From positions 206,132 to 238,131 of the forward strand of contig JAQTTP010000001.1 in assembly GCA_028710695.1 (NCBI GenBank): DNA of 32,000 nucleotides, read 5' to 3'. This stretch comes from Candidatus Iainarchaeum sp. (GTDB taxonomy: Archaea > Iainarchaeota > Iainarchaeia > Iainarchaeales > 0-14-0-20-30-16). Made by a program: the position numbers and the translations under genes. Position 1 is the stretch's first letter. The number at the start of each line of letters is the position of its first letter. The notes beneath the pieces were generated by a model, which had not been told where the DNA came from, made no database searches, and worked only from the letters and a program-made list of their open reading frames with translations. This document shows positions 8,663 to 18,160 of this stretch, piece by piece.

Positions 8663-9784
8663 ATGCTAGTGAATTATGCAGAAGTGAGGGAAAAACATTT
8701 GCTTCCCTTTACTGCAAAATTAAAACAAGTTTATGCCAAACCCCAAAAAACAGTAATAATTGCCCATAATGACTCTGATGGGATTACTTCTGCAATCATA
8801 TTCTCAAAGATTCTTGACAGCTTTGGGCTTAAATATAAGAAAGACTATTCTGTTTATTTTGGTGATAATGAGCTTAGAAAAGCAGAGCTTCCTGAGACTC
8901 ATGAGTTAATAAAAGAAATAAAAAGCTCAGCAGTAGTGATTTATCTTGATTATAGAACCGTCCACGCCCAGAATACTGGAAAAAAAGTTTTTATAGTTGA
9001 TCATCATAATAAGTCTAATCTTACTGGTTATAAAGATGCCACTTGGTACTATCCCTTAAATGGAGAAATTTATAGGCCATCTGCTTCTGCATTTTGTTAT
9101 GATATCTACAAAGAACTTCTTGGACAAAACCACGATGTGAAGCTAATGGCGACTATTGGGGCAGTTGGAGACTCTATGTTGCCTAATTCTTTGGATTATT
9201 TGGATATAAAAGAATTGGAACAGCCATTCTTTGTTGGTCGCCAAATATCTTGGTACTTTTTTAATGCTCAACGAATCTTTTGTTTGGCTGGAGACAATAA
9301 ATCTTGTTTAGAAATTTATAATCTGTTGCTTGAAAAACTAGAAAATAAAACCCTTAATGATTTGACTGCCTTGCCAGAATCAATAGAATCAAGAATCTAC
9401 AAACAGCTAAGAAAAGATAACGATGTAGTTTCAAGATTTAAGGGGCGTTTAGAAACTTATGAAGATTTAAAAGTAATGTTTTTGGAAATGACTCCTGCAG
9501 AAGCAGGATCTAAAGATGCAATATTTGGATATGTTTGGTTATATTATCCTGGTTATTTGTGTGTTATTCATATAAATTTTAAAGGTATTGCAAGCCTATC
9601 TATGCGATCTAATACTTATGATATTCTTGATGTATTTGAAAAGGTTCAGAACAAACTTCCGGAATTAAACTTTGGAGGACATCCTTTTGCTGCGGGCGGA
9701 AAGATAGAAAACTCAAAAGTTCCTTTGCTAAAAGATTTAATAATTGCTGAGTTAAAGACTGGAAAAATCAAATCTATAAATTAA
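8663..9784 (+). CDS. DHH-family phosphoesterase (RecJ-like)
   Basis: IIAHNDSDGITSA, VIYLDYRTV, VFIVDHHNKSN (DHH motif) and C-terminal LNFGGHPFAAGGKI (GGH, DHHA1-like). Confidence 0.9.
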   Translation: MLVNYAEVREKHLLPFTAKLKQVYAKPQKTVIIAHNDSDGITSAIIFSKILDSFGLKYKKDYSVYFGDNELRKAELPETHELIKEIKSSAVVIYLDYRTVHAQNTGKKVFIVDHHNKSNLTGYKDATWYYPLNGEIYRPSASAFCYDIYKELLGQNHDVKLMATIGAVGDSMLPNSLDYLDIKELEQPFFVGRQISWYFFNAQRIFCLAGDNKSCLEIYNLLLEKLENKTLNDLTALPESIESRIYKQLRKDNDVVSRFKGRLETYEDLKVMFLEMTPAEAGSKDAIFGYVWLYYPGYLCVIHINFKGIASLSMRSNTYDILDVFEKVQNKLPELNFGGHPFAAGGKIENSKVPLLKDLIIAELKTGKIKSIN

Positions 9785-9801
9785 AGTGATTTGTGATTTT
9801 T

Positions 9802-10212
9802 ATGGCAGTAGAAATAAAAAAAGGAAGCATAGTGAAAATATCCTTTGAAGCTTATTGTGAAGGCAAGCTTTTTGACAAAAAAGACGAAAAAAAGCCTTTA
9901 GAATTTAAGTATGGTGTTGATAAAATAAATTCTTATTTTGAGAAATCTCTTGAAGGCAAGAAAAAAGGGGATTCTTATGAATTAAAGATAAAGGGTTTTG
10001 AAACTCCGGAGTTTTCTCTGCCAATAGAACTGCTTTTTGAAGAAATCCCTGAAGATCTTAAGAAAGGGAACTTGTTAGACATGGATTACGGCGGAAAGAC
10101 CAACACAGTAGAGATAGTGGATTTTGATGACTATGAAATTAGGTTGAAGCTTTACAATCCAATAGAAGGCAAGGACGTTTTGTTCAAAATAAGGGTTTTG
10201 GATATAATATAA
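9802..10212 (+). CDS. FKBP-type peptidyl-prolyl cis-trans isomerase, SlyD-like
   Basis: VKISFEAYCEGKLFDKKDEKKPLEFKYGVDKINSYFEKSLEGKKKGDSYELKI matches the FKBP core pattern, with an IF-like insert; ATG at 9802 preferred. Confidence 0.8.
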   Translation: MAVEIKKGSIVKISFEAYCEGKLFDKKDEKKPLEFKYGVDKINSYFEKSLEGKKKGDSYELKIKGFETPEFSLPIELLFEEIPEDLKKGNLLDMDYGGKTNTVEIVDFDDYEIRLKLYNPIEGKDVLFKIRVLDII

Positions 10213-10242
10213 ATTTATATATATCTATACAATAAATCTAAT

Positions 10243-13200
10243 ATGGCCAAGTATTTGTATATTTTATTTTTTTGTATTCTTTTTGCAGGAATAGCTTTCT
10301 CTTTCCCTGCAGACTCAGATTTCTGCTTTTGTAAAGACAACAAGTTTGTTACTGGAGCGGATGCTCTAAAAGGAATCACCTGCCAAACAGAGAAGATGAT
10401 GTACACCTTCTTTGCAGAGACTTTATCCTGCTTTACAGGTGAGAAGCCAAAGAAACCAGGCCAAGAAGAGTTTCCTCTAAAAGATGAGTTCCCTTCTAAT
10501 GATATTGTTGATGTGCCCCCCTGTAAAAAAAATAATGATGGTATGAAAAAAGATGGGGATTGGAATGGTATTGATAATGTTGATTCTAATATAAACACAA
10601 AAACTAATGATGATACAAGAGTTTGTAAGATAGAGTATGATAAAGCAAAAATAATTTATGGAAAGAACGATAAGCACATAGAAATACGAGACCAAGACAA
10701 TGGCAAAACAAAGTTCTATGATGTAGATGGTATCCCCCAATCAATAGGGACTTGGGGCGATGACTACAAGCCATGTTTAGCTAAATGTAATGCATCAGTA
10801 CCTGGATTTAAAACAATAAACACAGATTTATTGCATTCAGCAAGCTGTCAAGATGCAAGTGGAAATCCAAAACAAGTTAGAATTGATGACCTAACTTATT
10901 TTTTCCCAGTTACTTCAGAATGTGACTCTTCTTATGGAAATAACTCGGGAGTACATTATGATAAAATATGTGTTTTTACTGGGGAAGATACAACAGACTA
11001 TGTTGGTAAACAATATTCTACTGCAGGAAATAGTTATTTGCTTTTTAGATACTCTGTTTGGGACCAGCTAAAACCATTAATACAATCACTTCAATGTAGT
11101 AGAGGTTGTACTCAAAAGTATTTAATACCTGATTCAAATTATCCAAATAATATAATGCAGAACCAATTGGATTGTACAGGTTCAAGTGCTTTAAATTCAA
11201 GTTCTGCAAACATGTTAAACTCATATAGTGGCCCTTTTGGAAATTTTGATACTTTGTCTGATAGTGGTGGATTAAACCCAGAGGCCTTTGTATTGTTACC
11301 GGACTATCCTTCCAATCCAAATATGAGGCCTTGTAAAATCGGGACTGGCTTAAAAACAAAGGAACTTTGTAAAAGCACTAGCTCTAATAATGTATATTGG
11401 AAGCTTGGAGATATTGGAATTTTCCCATATATAGATGGATCTGATAAACACAAGATAAAAGATAAAAATGGGAATCTGGTTGCAGATGAAGTTCCAAAGC
11501 AAACAATAATTAATGCAATTCCTGATATCCTTAATGGAAAGTCTTTAGATAGCATTTTTGGTGGTGTAGATGCTAGCAACGACGAATTTGAAGTATTGAA
11601 TGACACAAAATGTTCTGGGGTAAATGACTTAAAAGGTAAATCTTTTTATGAAATGTTAAAATGTACTGGCTCGACTTCTGGGTGGGGGCGGGTAGAAGAA
11701 CTAGACGATGTTAAAAAACTTACAACAACTGATGTAAGCAATGTTTGTTATAAATATATTTCAGATATTGATCCTAGGCCCGATGTAGCAAGTAATGTAG
11801 ATAAAATGATATTTATAAATCCATCTTTTGATATTGTGCAATATTGCCCTGAAACATCAGGCAATAATTGTATTAGTGAAGAACGCTGTTATCTTGTAAA
11901 GCCCTCAGGCTCAGGAACTGTGGCAGGTGGAGAAAGTTATGGTTCTTTTATATCTTTTAATGCACCCTATAGTAACGAAAACTTAATTGTAATAATAAAA
12001 GATCAAACTCCTCAGGAAGGAGACAAGTTATGTGATACTGATCTGGTGGTTGGAGACTTTTGTAAAACTGGAACAAGTAGAGGGAAAAAACTGGCATATG
12101 GTTCAGTTAAAGAGCATGATCCTTCAGTACCTAATTCAAAAGCAGGAGAATATACTATTAGACAAAAAGGAAACCCAATAGCAATAAATGTTTCTTATGC
12201 AACGATGATTAATAAACTTACCCCAAATGGAACTAATGATTTGGAAAACTTATTTTGTGGTCAGGATGGCCCAGGAAAAGATGCCTCAGGCATGTGTGAT
12301 TATTCTTACTCAGGTTCTGGAACAGCAGCAGGCGGAGATGAGTGGAAATCAGATCCACAATATGGTGATATTGTAAAATATGGCCTACACACAAAAGATG
12401 GTTATCCTGGAGAAACTTTTGTGATAGTAATTAATGGTGTTCCAGATGGTTTGCCAGAAATAGGTAAAGGAAAAACTAAGAACGGAGAATATAGTAGGGA
12501 AAAAAATTCAAAGACAGTTTATCTAAAAATTGCAGATAGGATAATAGCACCCAATGGTAAGGATACATATGAAATTTTTGATCCTAACGGCAACCTGACT
12601 GCAAAGAATGTTCCTAAGAAGACAATTTTAGATTTGATTCCAGATCTTGTTAGTGGAAAAGATCCTGCAGATGTTTTTTGTGATGCTGCACATCCTGCAG
12701 ATTCAACCACAGGGGTTTGTGATTATGGTGCTCCAGTAGTGGAACAACCAAGAGTAGCCCCTGGTTTGCAATCCCAGCCTTATAATCCAGATACTGATGA
12801 AGAAATGGGTGTGTGTAATCTTTGGAGTGGGGTTGATTCAGATATGCCTAAAGAAGGCCCCGGGTCCAAATTTTATGTTTGTGAAGACAAAATAAGGTCT
12901 AAAGAATTATTTTATGAGATCTCTGATTTGGATGTGTATGAAAAAATTGGGCCTATATCTGGAAGACAAGATATAGTAGAAAATGGTGGGCTTGTATATT
13001 TCAAAAAAACATTCCAAAAAAACGTGAATGCAGATCCATACCTTTATTGTGTTAACAAAACTTTAACAAATGGAGTTTGGTATTTGTATAAATATACTCC
13101 AGATTGTTCTAAGGCAAGTACATTGTCTACTTGTGCATCAGACCCTGCTTTGTGTTCTGCAGGGGATTCTGGCGTAGCGGAAGATAACTTTACAAAGGCA

Positions 13201-14127
13201 AGAAAGATGATATCTGATGCAGGATTTGATCCAGAAATATTGCCAAATAATTATACAAAAAAAGATACAGTTGTAATTGAGGGTAACACAATCCAAGCAA
13301 CTCTTACACAAACAGTGGCCTCACCTAATGGCAGAGGAACTCTAATTCTAGGAGATAATTCTGACAAAATTGTTTGTTATGCAGTAACCAAAGGCCCTGG
13401 AGATCCAAAAGGTACAATCAATCCTTGTCCTGTGAATGGGGATGTTATAAAAGGAATGAATGGAAAAGGGATGGGCGTTAAAGTTAAATTAAAAAAATTA
13501 GTGAAAAATGGGAATGGAAGTGTAGATTCTACGTATAAATTAGGAATTATTTCTAATACTGAGCATACAGAACTAAAAGACATAAAACCACTTAGCTTTG
13601 CCCCCTGTAATGATTCTTGTACGGCAGATCCTGCTGATACAAGTGGAGATGTAGCTGAAAGTACAGTCCAACCATTAGCACCTTATAATGCTGCTTTGGG
13701 CGGATTACAGTGGGATACAGTTGTTTCTGGAAATGATACAGAAGATTATTTTGCAGTGACATATTTAGTGTATTGTGATTCTAAAACACAATATACCCTT
13801 GGCGGAGGGACAATGACTCAAAATGTTGCTTGTAGAATAGGCACTGGAAAGAAAGGGTCTGTAGTTAATATAACTGAAACCAAAAATTTTACTTGTAATG
13901 GTGATGCCTATGGTACCATTGGAATTTATGATGGAACCAATTATGCAATAAATGATTTTGTATGTAATTGTGGTGCTGGGCTTTGTTATCCAAACTTGTC
14001 TGTGAACTCACAAGGGTCTAAACAAATTATGCCTCCTAACAAAACTACCTTAACTAACTTAGGTTACAATATGTCTGGTATGATTGCGAATAGTGCTTTG
14101 TCTATAGCAATTACAAAAACGTCATAA
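10243..14127 (+). CDS. Large secreted, Cys-containing repeat protein (1294 aa), unknown function
   Basis: Signal-peptide-like MAKYLYILFFCILFAGIAFSFPADSD; continuous ORF; many Cys residues; three internal repeats. Confidence 0.9.
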   Translation: MAKYLYILFFCILFAGIAFSFPADSDFCFCKDNKFVTGADALKGITCQTEKMMYTFFAETLSCFTGEKPKKPGQEEFPLKDEFPSNDIVDVPPCKKNNDGMKKDGDWNGIDNVDSNINTKTNDDTRVCKIEYDKAKIIYGKNDKHIEIRDQDNGKTKFYDVDGIPQSIGTWGDDYKPCLAKCNASVPGFKTINTDLLHSASCQDASGNPKQVRIDDLTYFFPVTSECDSSYGNNSGVHYDKICVFTGEDTTDYVGKQYSTAGNSYLLFRYSVWDQLKPLIQSLQCSRGCTQKYLIPDSNYPNNIMQNQLDCTGSSALNSSSANMLNSYSGPFGNFDTLSDSGGLNPEAFVLLPDYPSNPNMRPCKIGTGLKTKELCKSTSSNNVYWKLGDIGIFPYIDGSDKHKIKDKNGNLVADEVPKQTIINAIPDILNGKSLDSIFGGVDASNDEFEVLNDTKCSGVNDLKGKSFYEMLKCTGSTSGWGRVEELDDVKKLTTTDVSNVCYKYISDIDPRPDVASNVDKMIFINPSFDIVQYCPETSGNNCISEERCYLVKPSGSGTVAGGESYGSFISFNAPYSNENLIVIIKDQTPQEGDKLCDTDLVVGDFCKTGTSRGKKLAYGSVKEHDPSVPNSKAGEYTIRQKGNPIAINVSYATMINKLTPNGTNDLENLFCGQDGPGKDASGMCDYSYSGSGTAAGGDEWKSDPQYGDIVKYGLHTKDGYPGETFVIVINGVPDGLPEIGKGKTKNGEYSREKNSKTVYLKIADRIIAPNGKDTYEIFDPNGNLTAKNVPKKTILDLIPDLVSGKDPADVFCDAAHPADSTTGVCDYGAPVVEQPRVAPGLQSQPYNPDTDEEMGVCNLWSGVDSDMPKEGPGSKFYVCEDKIRSKELFYEISDLDVYEKIGPISGRQDIVENGGLVYFKKTFQKNVNADPYLYCVNKTLTNGVWYLYKYTPDCSKASTLSTCASDPALCSAGDSGVAEDNFTKARKMISDAGFDPEILPNNYTKKDTVVIEGNTIQATLTQTVASPNGRGTLILGDNSDKIVCYAVTKGPGDPKGTINPCPVNGDVIKGMNGKGMGVKVKLKKLVKNGNGSVDSTYKLGIISNTEHTELKDIKPLSFAPCNDSCTADPADTSGDVAESTVQPLAPYNAALGGLQWDTVVSGNDTEDYFAVTYLVYCDSKTQYTLGGGTMTQNVACRIGTGKKGSVVNITETKNFTCNGDAYGTIGIYDGTNYAINDFVCNCGAGLCYPNLSVNSQGSKQIMPPNKTTLTNLGYNMSGMIANSALSIAITKTS
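11433..11568 (+). repeat. Internal protein repeat copy 1 (approximate bounds)
   Basis: GSDKHKIKDKNGNLVADEVPKQTIINAIPDILNGKSLDSIFG. Confidence 0.7.
12142..12306 (+). repeat. Internal protein repeat copy 2 (approximate bounds)
   Basis: AGEYTIRQKGNPIAINVSYATMINKLTPNGTNDLENLFCGQDGPGKDASGMCDY. Confidence 0.65.
12553..12726 (+). repeat. Internal protein repeat copy 3 (approximate bounds)
   Basis: GKDTYEIFDPNGNLTAKNVPKKTILDLIPDLVSGKDPADVFCDAAHPADSTTGVCDYG. Confidence 0.7.
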
Positions 14128-14138
14128 ATATTTTATTT

Positions 14139-14185
14139 ATGATGTCCTAAAGCAATTTTTGTAAAAAATTGTTTTTTGGCGTCAT
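14139..14185 (+). promoter_or_regulatory. Intergenic hairpin
   Basis: atgatgtc...caattttt-gta-aaaaattg...ggcgtcat; inner 8-bp stem plus outer stem with G-U pairs. Confidence 0.5.
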
Positions 14186-14219
14186 AAACCTTTAACAACC
14201 TTTTCCCTTTTTTTATATT

Positions 14220-14882
14220 ATGAATAAAAAATTCCACGAGGAAATGTTTGAACAGGAATTTAATTCTAATTCTTATTTGCAAAAATATCTGAAGAAAAAA
14301 GGCCTGGAGTTTGTAAAGCTTCTGGGCGAAGGAAGAAGTGCATGGATTATTGTTGTAAGTCACACAGCACATAAGAAGAACACGAAACCACAATTGCCTA
14401 CTCGCCTTCTTACAATTAAATTGGAGAAGAAAAGAAGTACAAGATCTGAAATGGTAGAAAAGGAAACAAAATATATGAACCTTGCAAACAAATCAAAAAT
14501 TGGTCCGAAGTTTGTTGATTCTAATATTAATGGCAGGTTTATTGTTTATGAATACTTTGATGCTATTTCGCTAATAAATTATTTAGATGAATTTGATAAA
14601 AAAGAATTTGTGGTTTTTTTGAAAGCTTTGTTTGCACAAGGGAAAAAATTAGATAAAATTGGATTGGATCATGGCCAGCTTGTAGGAAAAGGGACTAATA
14701 TTATGGTTCTAAAAAGTGGAAAACCAATAATTGTGGATTTTGAAAAATCATCTAATAATAGAAAAACACATAATGTAAATGTTTTAATTTCATATTTTTT
14801 CTCAGAAAAATCACAGGTGGCAGATAAAGTAGAAAAAATTTTAGGAAAAGATTTTGAAAAAATAAAAAAAGAATTTTTATAA
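14220..14882 (+). CDS. Predicted archaeal Ser/Thr protein kinase (RIO/Bud32-like fold)
   Basis: KLLGEGRSAWI (Gly-rich loop), LLTIKLEK (putative Lys), GLDHGQLVGKGTNIMV and PIIVDFEKSS (HGxL..N and DFE motifs). Confidence 0.75.
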   Translation: MNKKFHEEMFEQEFNSNSYLQKYLKKKGLEFVKLLGEGRSAWIIVVSHTAHKKNTKPQLPTRLLTIKLEKKRSTRSEMVEKETKYMNLANKSKIGPKFVDSNINGRFIVYEYFDAISLINYLDEFDKKEFVVFLKALFAQGKKLDKIGLDHGQLVGKGTNIMVLKSGKPIIVDFEKSSNNRKTHNVNVLISYFFSEKSQVADKVEKILGKDFEKIKKEFL

Positions 14883-15374
14883 CTCTTTTCTTGCAACTTC
14901 TTGGAATACAACTTCTAGATCGTCGCCAACAATCCCAAGTAGAAGGCTTGTTTTTAATCCAAGAGACATTCTTACTGCTCTAGTTAGTTCTGTAGAATTT
15001 ATTTTCTGCTTTTCTTTTATTACCCACACAACGTATTTTGAGTGGCTCTTGTCGGGACTTTTTCCTTTTGGGTAAACTCTGAAATCAAACCCGAATTTTA
15101 GACCTGTTTTTACAATATAACCAAGAGATCTTAGATTTTTAAATACTGCAAAATTATCTAAAATTTCTTTTTTTGATTTTTTTACTATGCTTTCAAAAGT
15201 CTCTTTTTTTGATAGTTTTAGAGTTCCGCGTTCTAAAAAATAAAGGGTTTCATAAATATCTAAAAAGAATGAGTTTCCTACTTTTTCTCCGTAAAACTTG
15301 CTAATAAGCCAAGATTTAGAATCATTCTCGGTTACAAGGGTTTTATTATTTACAAAAGTTCCTTTTAAATCCAT
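14877..15374 (-). CDS. endA: tRNA-splicing endonuclease
   Basis: YETLYFLERGTLKLS, YIVKTGLKFGFDFRVYPKGKSPDKSHSKYVVWV: catalytic Tyr/His/Lys region of archaeal EndA. Track ORF starts at 15455; MDLKG at 15374 is the likely start. Confidence 0.88.
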   Translation of the reverse strand: MDLKGTFVNNKTLVTENDSKSWLISKFYGEKVGNSFFLDIYETLYFLERGTLKLSKKETFESIVKKSKKEILDNFAVFKNLRSLGYIVKTGLKFGFDFRVYPKGKSPDKSHSKYVVWVIKEKQKINSTELTRAVRMSLGLKTSLLLGIVGDDLEVVFQEVARKEL

Positions 15375-15408
15375 ATATAATACGGAACTAGTATAATTAA
15401 ATAGTTTT

Positions 15409-16152
15409 TTATTGTCTTGGCCTTGAACCTGGCGCAAGCCGTCCTTCTCCAGCAAGGTTAACTCCAGTTATTTTAAAAACATACATTTGTGCAATGTTTT
15501 TGGACATTCTTTTATTCATAAGGTTTAATTCAAGTTCCTTTGCAAAAAAATATCTGTGTGCATGTAAAGATTTTTGAAAAGCAGTAGGATTTCTTAGTCC
15601 AACATAGAACTCTCCCACATTTTCAGCAATAATTTTTGCAAATGAGTTCATTCGTGAGCTACTAAAAAGTTTAAAAAAATCCGGCTCTGCTTTTGATAAA
15701 CATATTGCTAAGCCCTTTATAAATTGAGGAGACTCGAAGACTGGATTTGAGAAATTTGCATTATATAACCAATCTTTTAATAGGCCTGGGCTTACTGACT
15801 CAGCTTCTCCTTTAACAATGCTATCAATCATTTTTTGGTGTTCTTTTCTGAGAGATTCAAGATCAAAAATTACTTTGTCTGATGTCCTTCGTTCATCTAG
15901 GGCGGGCGGAAACCTTGATATAACAGACCCATCATATTGTCCTCTGTCATTGTAAACATCCTGTATATGTTCAACACCGTCAGATGTGTGCAATCGTGTT
16001 CGTCTTTCTAGAATTTGTCTGCCAAGTTCAATTATAATTCTTCTTTTTTCTAATCTGCCATCTGCAGAAAAATGATCAGTTAGGGTGCCTCTATAACCGC
16101 CTTCACGATTGTGCACCAATCTTTCTACAAATGGTTCTCTTACTTTTGGCAT
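15409..16152 (-). CDS. Uncharacterised protein (247 aa)
   Basis: Long ORF on the coding strand between EndA and TruD; no family recognised. Confidence 0.7.
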   Translation of the reverse strand: MPKVREPFVERLVHNREGGYRGTLTDHFSADGRLEKRRIIIELGRQILERRTRLHTSDGVEHIQDVYNDRGQYDGSVISRFPPALDERRTSDKVIFDLESLRKEHQKMIDSIVKGEAESVSPGLLKDWLYNANFSNPVFESPQFIKGLAICLSKAEPDFFKLFSSSRMNSFAKIIAENVGEFYVGLRNPTAFQKSLHAHRYFFAKELELNLMNKRMSKNIAQMYVFKITGVNLAGEGRLAPGSRPRQ

Positions 16153-16182
16153 AATATATCTTGGTTTGCTCTGTTTTTAAAG

Positions 16183-17403
16183 TTATTGTAAATAGCCAAT
16201 TATAAATTCAGTTACCGTGGTTGCATAATTTCCTTTGTCTAGGATAAAAGAGATCTTGAGGGCTAAGCAGTTTTCATTGAACTCGTCTGGGCAAATATCT
16301 AAGACTTTGAAATCTCCAATTTCTAGTTTGATTTTTCTTCTATCGCCCTCTACAGACATCATTGGGAAATTTGCTATTTTAAAAGTAGGTAAAGAAAAAT
16401 TCTCTTGGTCTAATATGCTTTGTTCTAGCTTGCCTACTTCCTCTTTTGCTAATTCTGTGCTATGGCCGTAAATTGGCCCAAGAACAAAACCTTGTTCATC
16501 AAGAATGTCGCCATCTTGTTTTTCAAGTGGATTTTCGAATTCTTTGACTCTTTTTTCTAAATAAAGATTGAATAAATAAGATTGGTATGCGTGCACAAAT
16601 AAGTATGCAAGAGTTTTTGGAATTTGGTTCCAAGCATTATTGTAATCATTTGGATTTTTTATTAAAGCATTTAGAATTGCCTTTTCATATTTGTTTTCTT
16701 TTGGGAATGTTCTAATTGCATCTTTAAGATTTCCTTGCTTTACTAATTCCCTTGCTTTTACTGTATTTTCCGGTTCAGTTCCTGAAATTCCAGTTAAAAA
16801 TAATTCTACTGCTTCTTTCGTTTTTCCCTCAAAAAATAGTTTGCCAATTAGGTGGTTTGAATTTCTTATTGAACCAAACCTTTGCTCCCCAAAAGCATTT
16901 GGGATTCCGTTTTTAATATCTTTTTGTATTTGTTTAATTATTTTTTCTAAGTCTTTGTTTTTGTCTATTCCACGAATTATTATTTCAAAATAATTTTTGT
17001 CTAAATCCCCTAATTCAAGTTTTTTATCTGACCATTCAAAAGAATGTAATAATACATTTCGGTCTCGGAATTGTTTTAATCTGTCTAAATCTGGATCATA
17101 AATTGTTATGAATTGGGCGGTAACCGCTCTTTTGTCTTTTGTTCCTGCAAAACCAAGACGTTTAATACTAAAGCCTTGTTTGTTAGCAATGGACTTCAAA
17201 GCAAATTGCATTTCTGTAATTCTTTTTTGCATTACGCATTTTAGCTGCTCCTTGCGTTCTCCCTGTAAAGCATCTAACTCAACCCCTATTTTTTGCCCAT
17301 AATCATCAAGGCTTGTTGAAAACTCTTTAATCTCTGCTTTTATGCCATTAGAAATCTCTTGGACTTTAAAATCTTCGTATCTTTGTTTTATTCTGGGTTC
17401 CAT
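16183..17403 (-). CDS. truD: tRNA pseudouridine synthase D
   Basis: YEDFKVQEI, KRLGFAGTKDKRAVTAQFIT, GIPNAFGEQRFGS. Confidence 0.93.
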   Translation of the reverse strand: MEPRIKQRYEDFKVQEISNGIKAEIKEFSTSLDDYGQKIGVELDALQGERKEQLKCVMQKRITEMQFALKSIANKQGFSIKRLGFAGTKDKRAVTAQFITIYDPDLDRLKQFRDRNVLLHSFEWSDKKLELGDLDKNYFEIIIRGIDKNKDLEKIIKQIQKDIKNGIPNAFGEQRFGSIRNSNHLIGKLFFEGKTKEAVELFLTGISGTEPENTVKARELVKQGNLKDAIRTFPKENKYEKAILNALIKNPNDYNNAWNQIPKTLAYLFVHAYQSYLFNLYLEKRVKEFENPLEKQDGDILDEQGFVLGPIYGHSTELAKEEVGKLEQSILDQENFSLPTFKIANFPMMSVEGDRRKIKLEIGDFKVLDICPDEFNENCLALKISFILDKGNYATTVTEFIIGYLQ

Positions 17404-17512
17404 AGTATTGTTCTTACCCCAAATGCTTTATATTCTATATGCTAATGGGCTGGAGTCTGCCTACTAATACTAAAGATTGCTTTTTATATCTTATAGCTGT
17501 TATTTTTACATT

Positions 17513-18160
17513 ATGGGGAACTTATATACCTCCTTTGCGCAATTTGAAAAAGCATATGAGAATGAAGTGAAGAAAATAAAATCCAAAGAGAAGAGTGCCC
17601 TAATTTTCTACTTTAAAAAAGGGGGGCTTGTGAAAACCAAGTACACACCCCAATTAAGAGTTACTTACCCTAGCAAACAAAAAGTTAAAGAAGAACTTGC
17701 TAATTTGTCTGCACGAAGAGCAGAAACAATGATTAAGCTCAAAGAATGGGGCAAAATAAAATACGATGCAGATAATTATCTTAAGAAAACAAAAAGAAAA
17801 AGATTTTTTGATTCTTTATATTGGAAACATAAAATGAAGTCCTTTACTGATAAAGATTATAGAGAAGAGATAAAAAAATTAAAAATCCCAATGGATTTAA
17901 TGGCAGATCCAAAGCTAAAAAAGATCTTACATGCATTTATGACAAACCAAACATATAGAGATAATATAATTGACACTGTTGAAAATTCAGTAGTTTATAG
18001 AGATAAAGGATTTGGAGAACAAATTTTGCAGGCAATAGAAATAAAACAAGGAATTGCGGAAAGAAAGATAACTTTATTTTCTGAAGTTTTACAAGGAATT
18101 GATAATCTAATTCTTGGATACAAGGTTGTAAATAGGTGGGTAAGTGTTAACAAAGATTGA
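17513..18160 (+). CDS. Uncharacterised basic protein upstream of the helicase
   Basis: ORF with MGNLYTSFAQFEKAYENEVKKIKSKEKSALIFYFKKGG...; Lys-rich; stop overlaps the helicase GTG start by 17 nt. Confidence 0.7.
   Translation: MGNLYTSFAQFEKAYENEVKKIKSKEKSALIFYFKKGGLVKTKYTPQLRVTYPSKQKVKEELANLSARRAETMIKLKEWGKIKYDADNYLKKTKRKRFFDSLYWKHKMKSFTDKDYREEIKKLKIPMDLMADPKLKKILHAFMTNQTYRDNIIDTVENSVVYRDKGFGEQILQAIEIKQGIAERKITLFSEVLQGIDNLILGYKVVNRWVSVNKD

Noticed and set aside
10215-12710. Antisense ORFs such as 10215-10598, 10477-10740, 11045-11359, 11304-11606 and 12519-12710
   Set aside because: They lie entirely opposite the well-supported 1294-aa ORF and have no recognisable composition or motifs.
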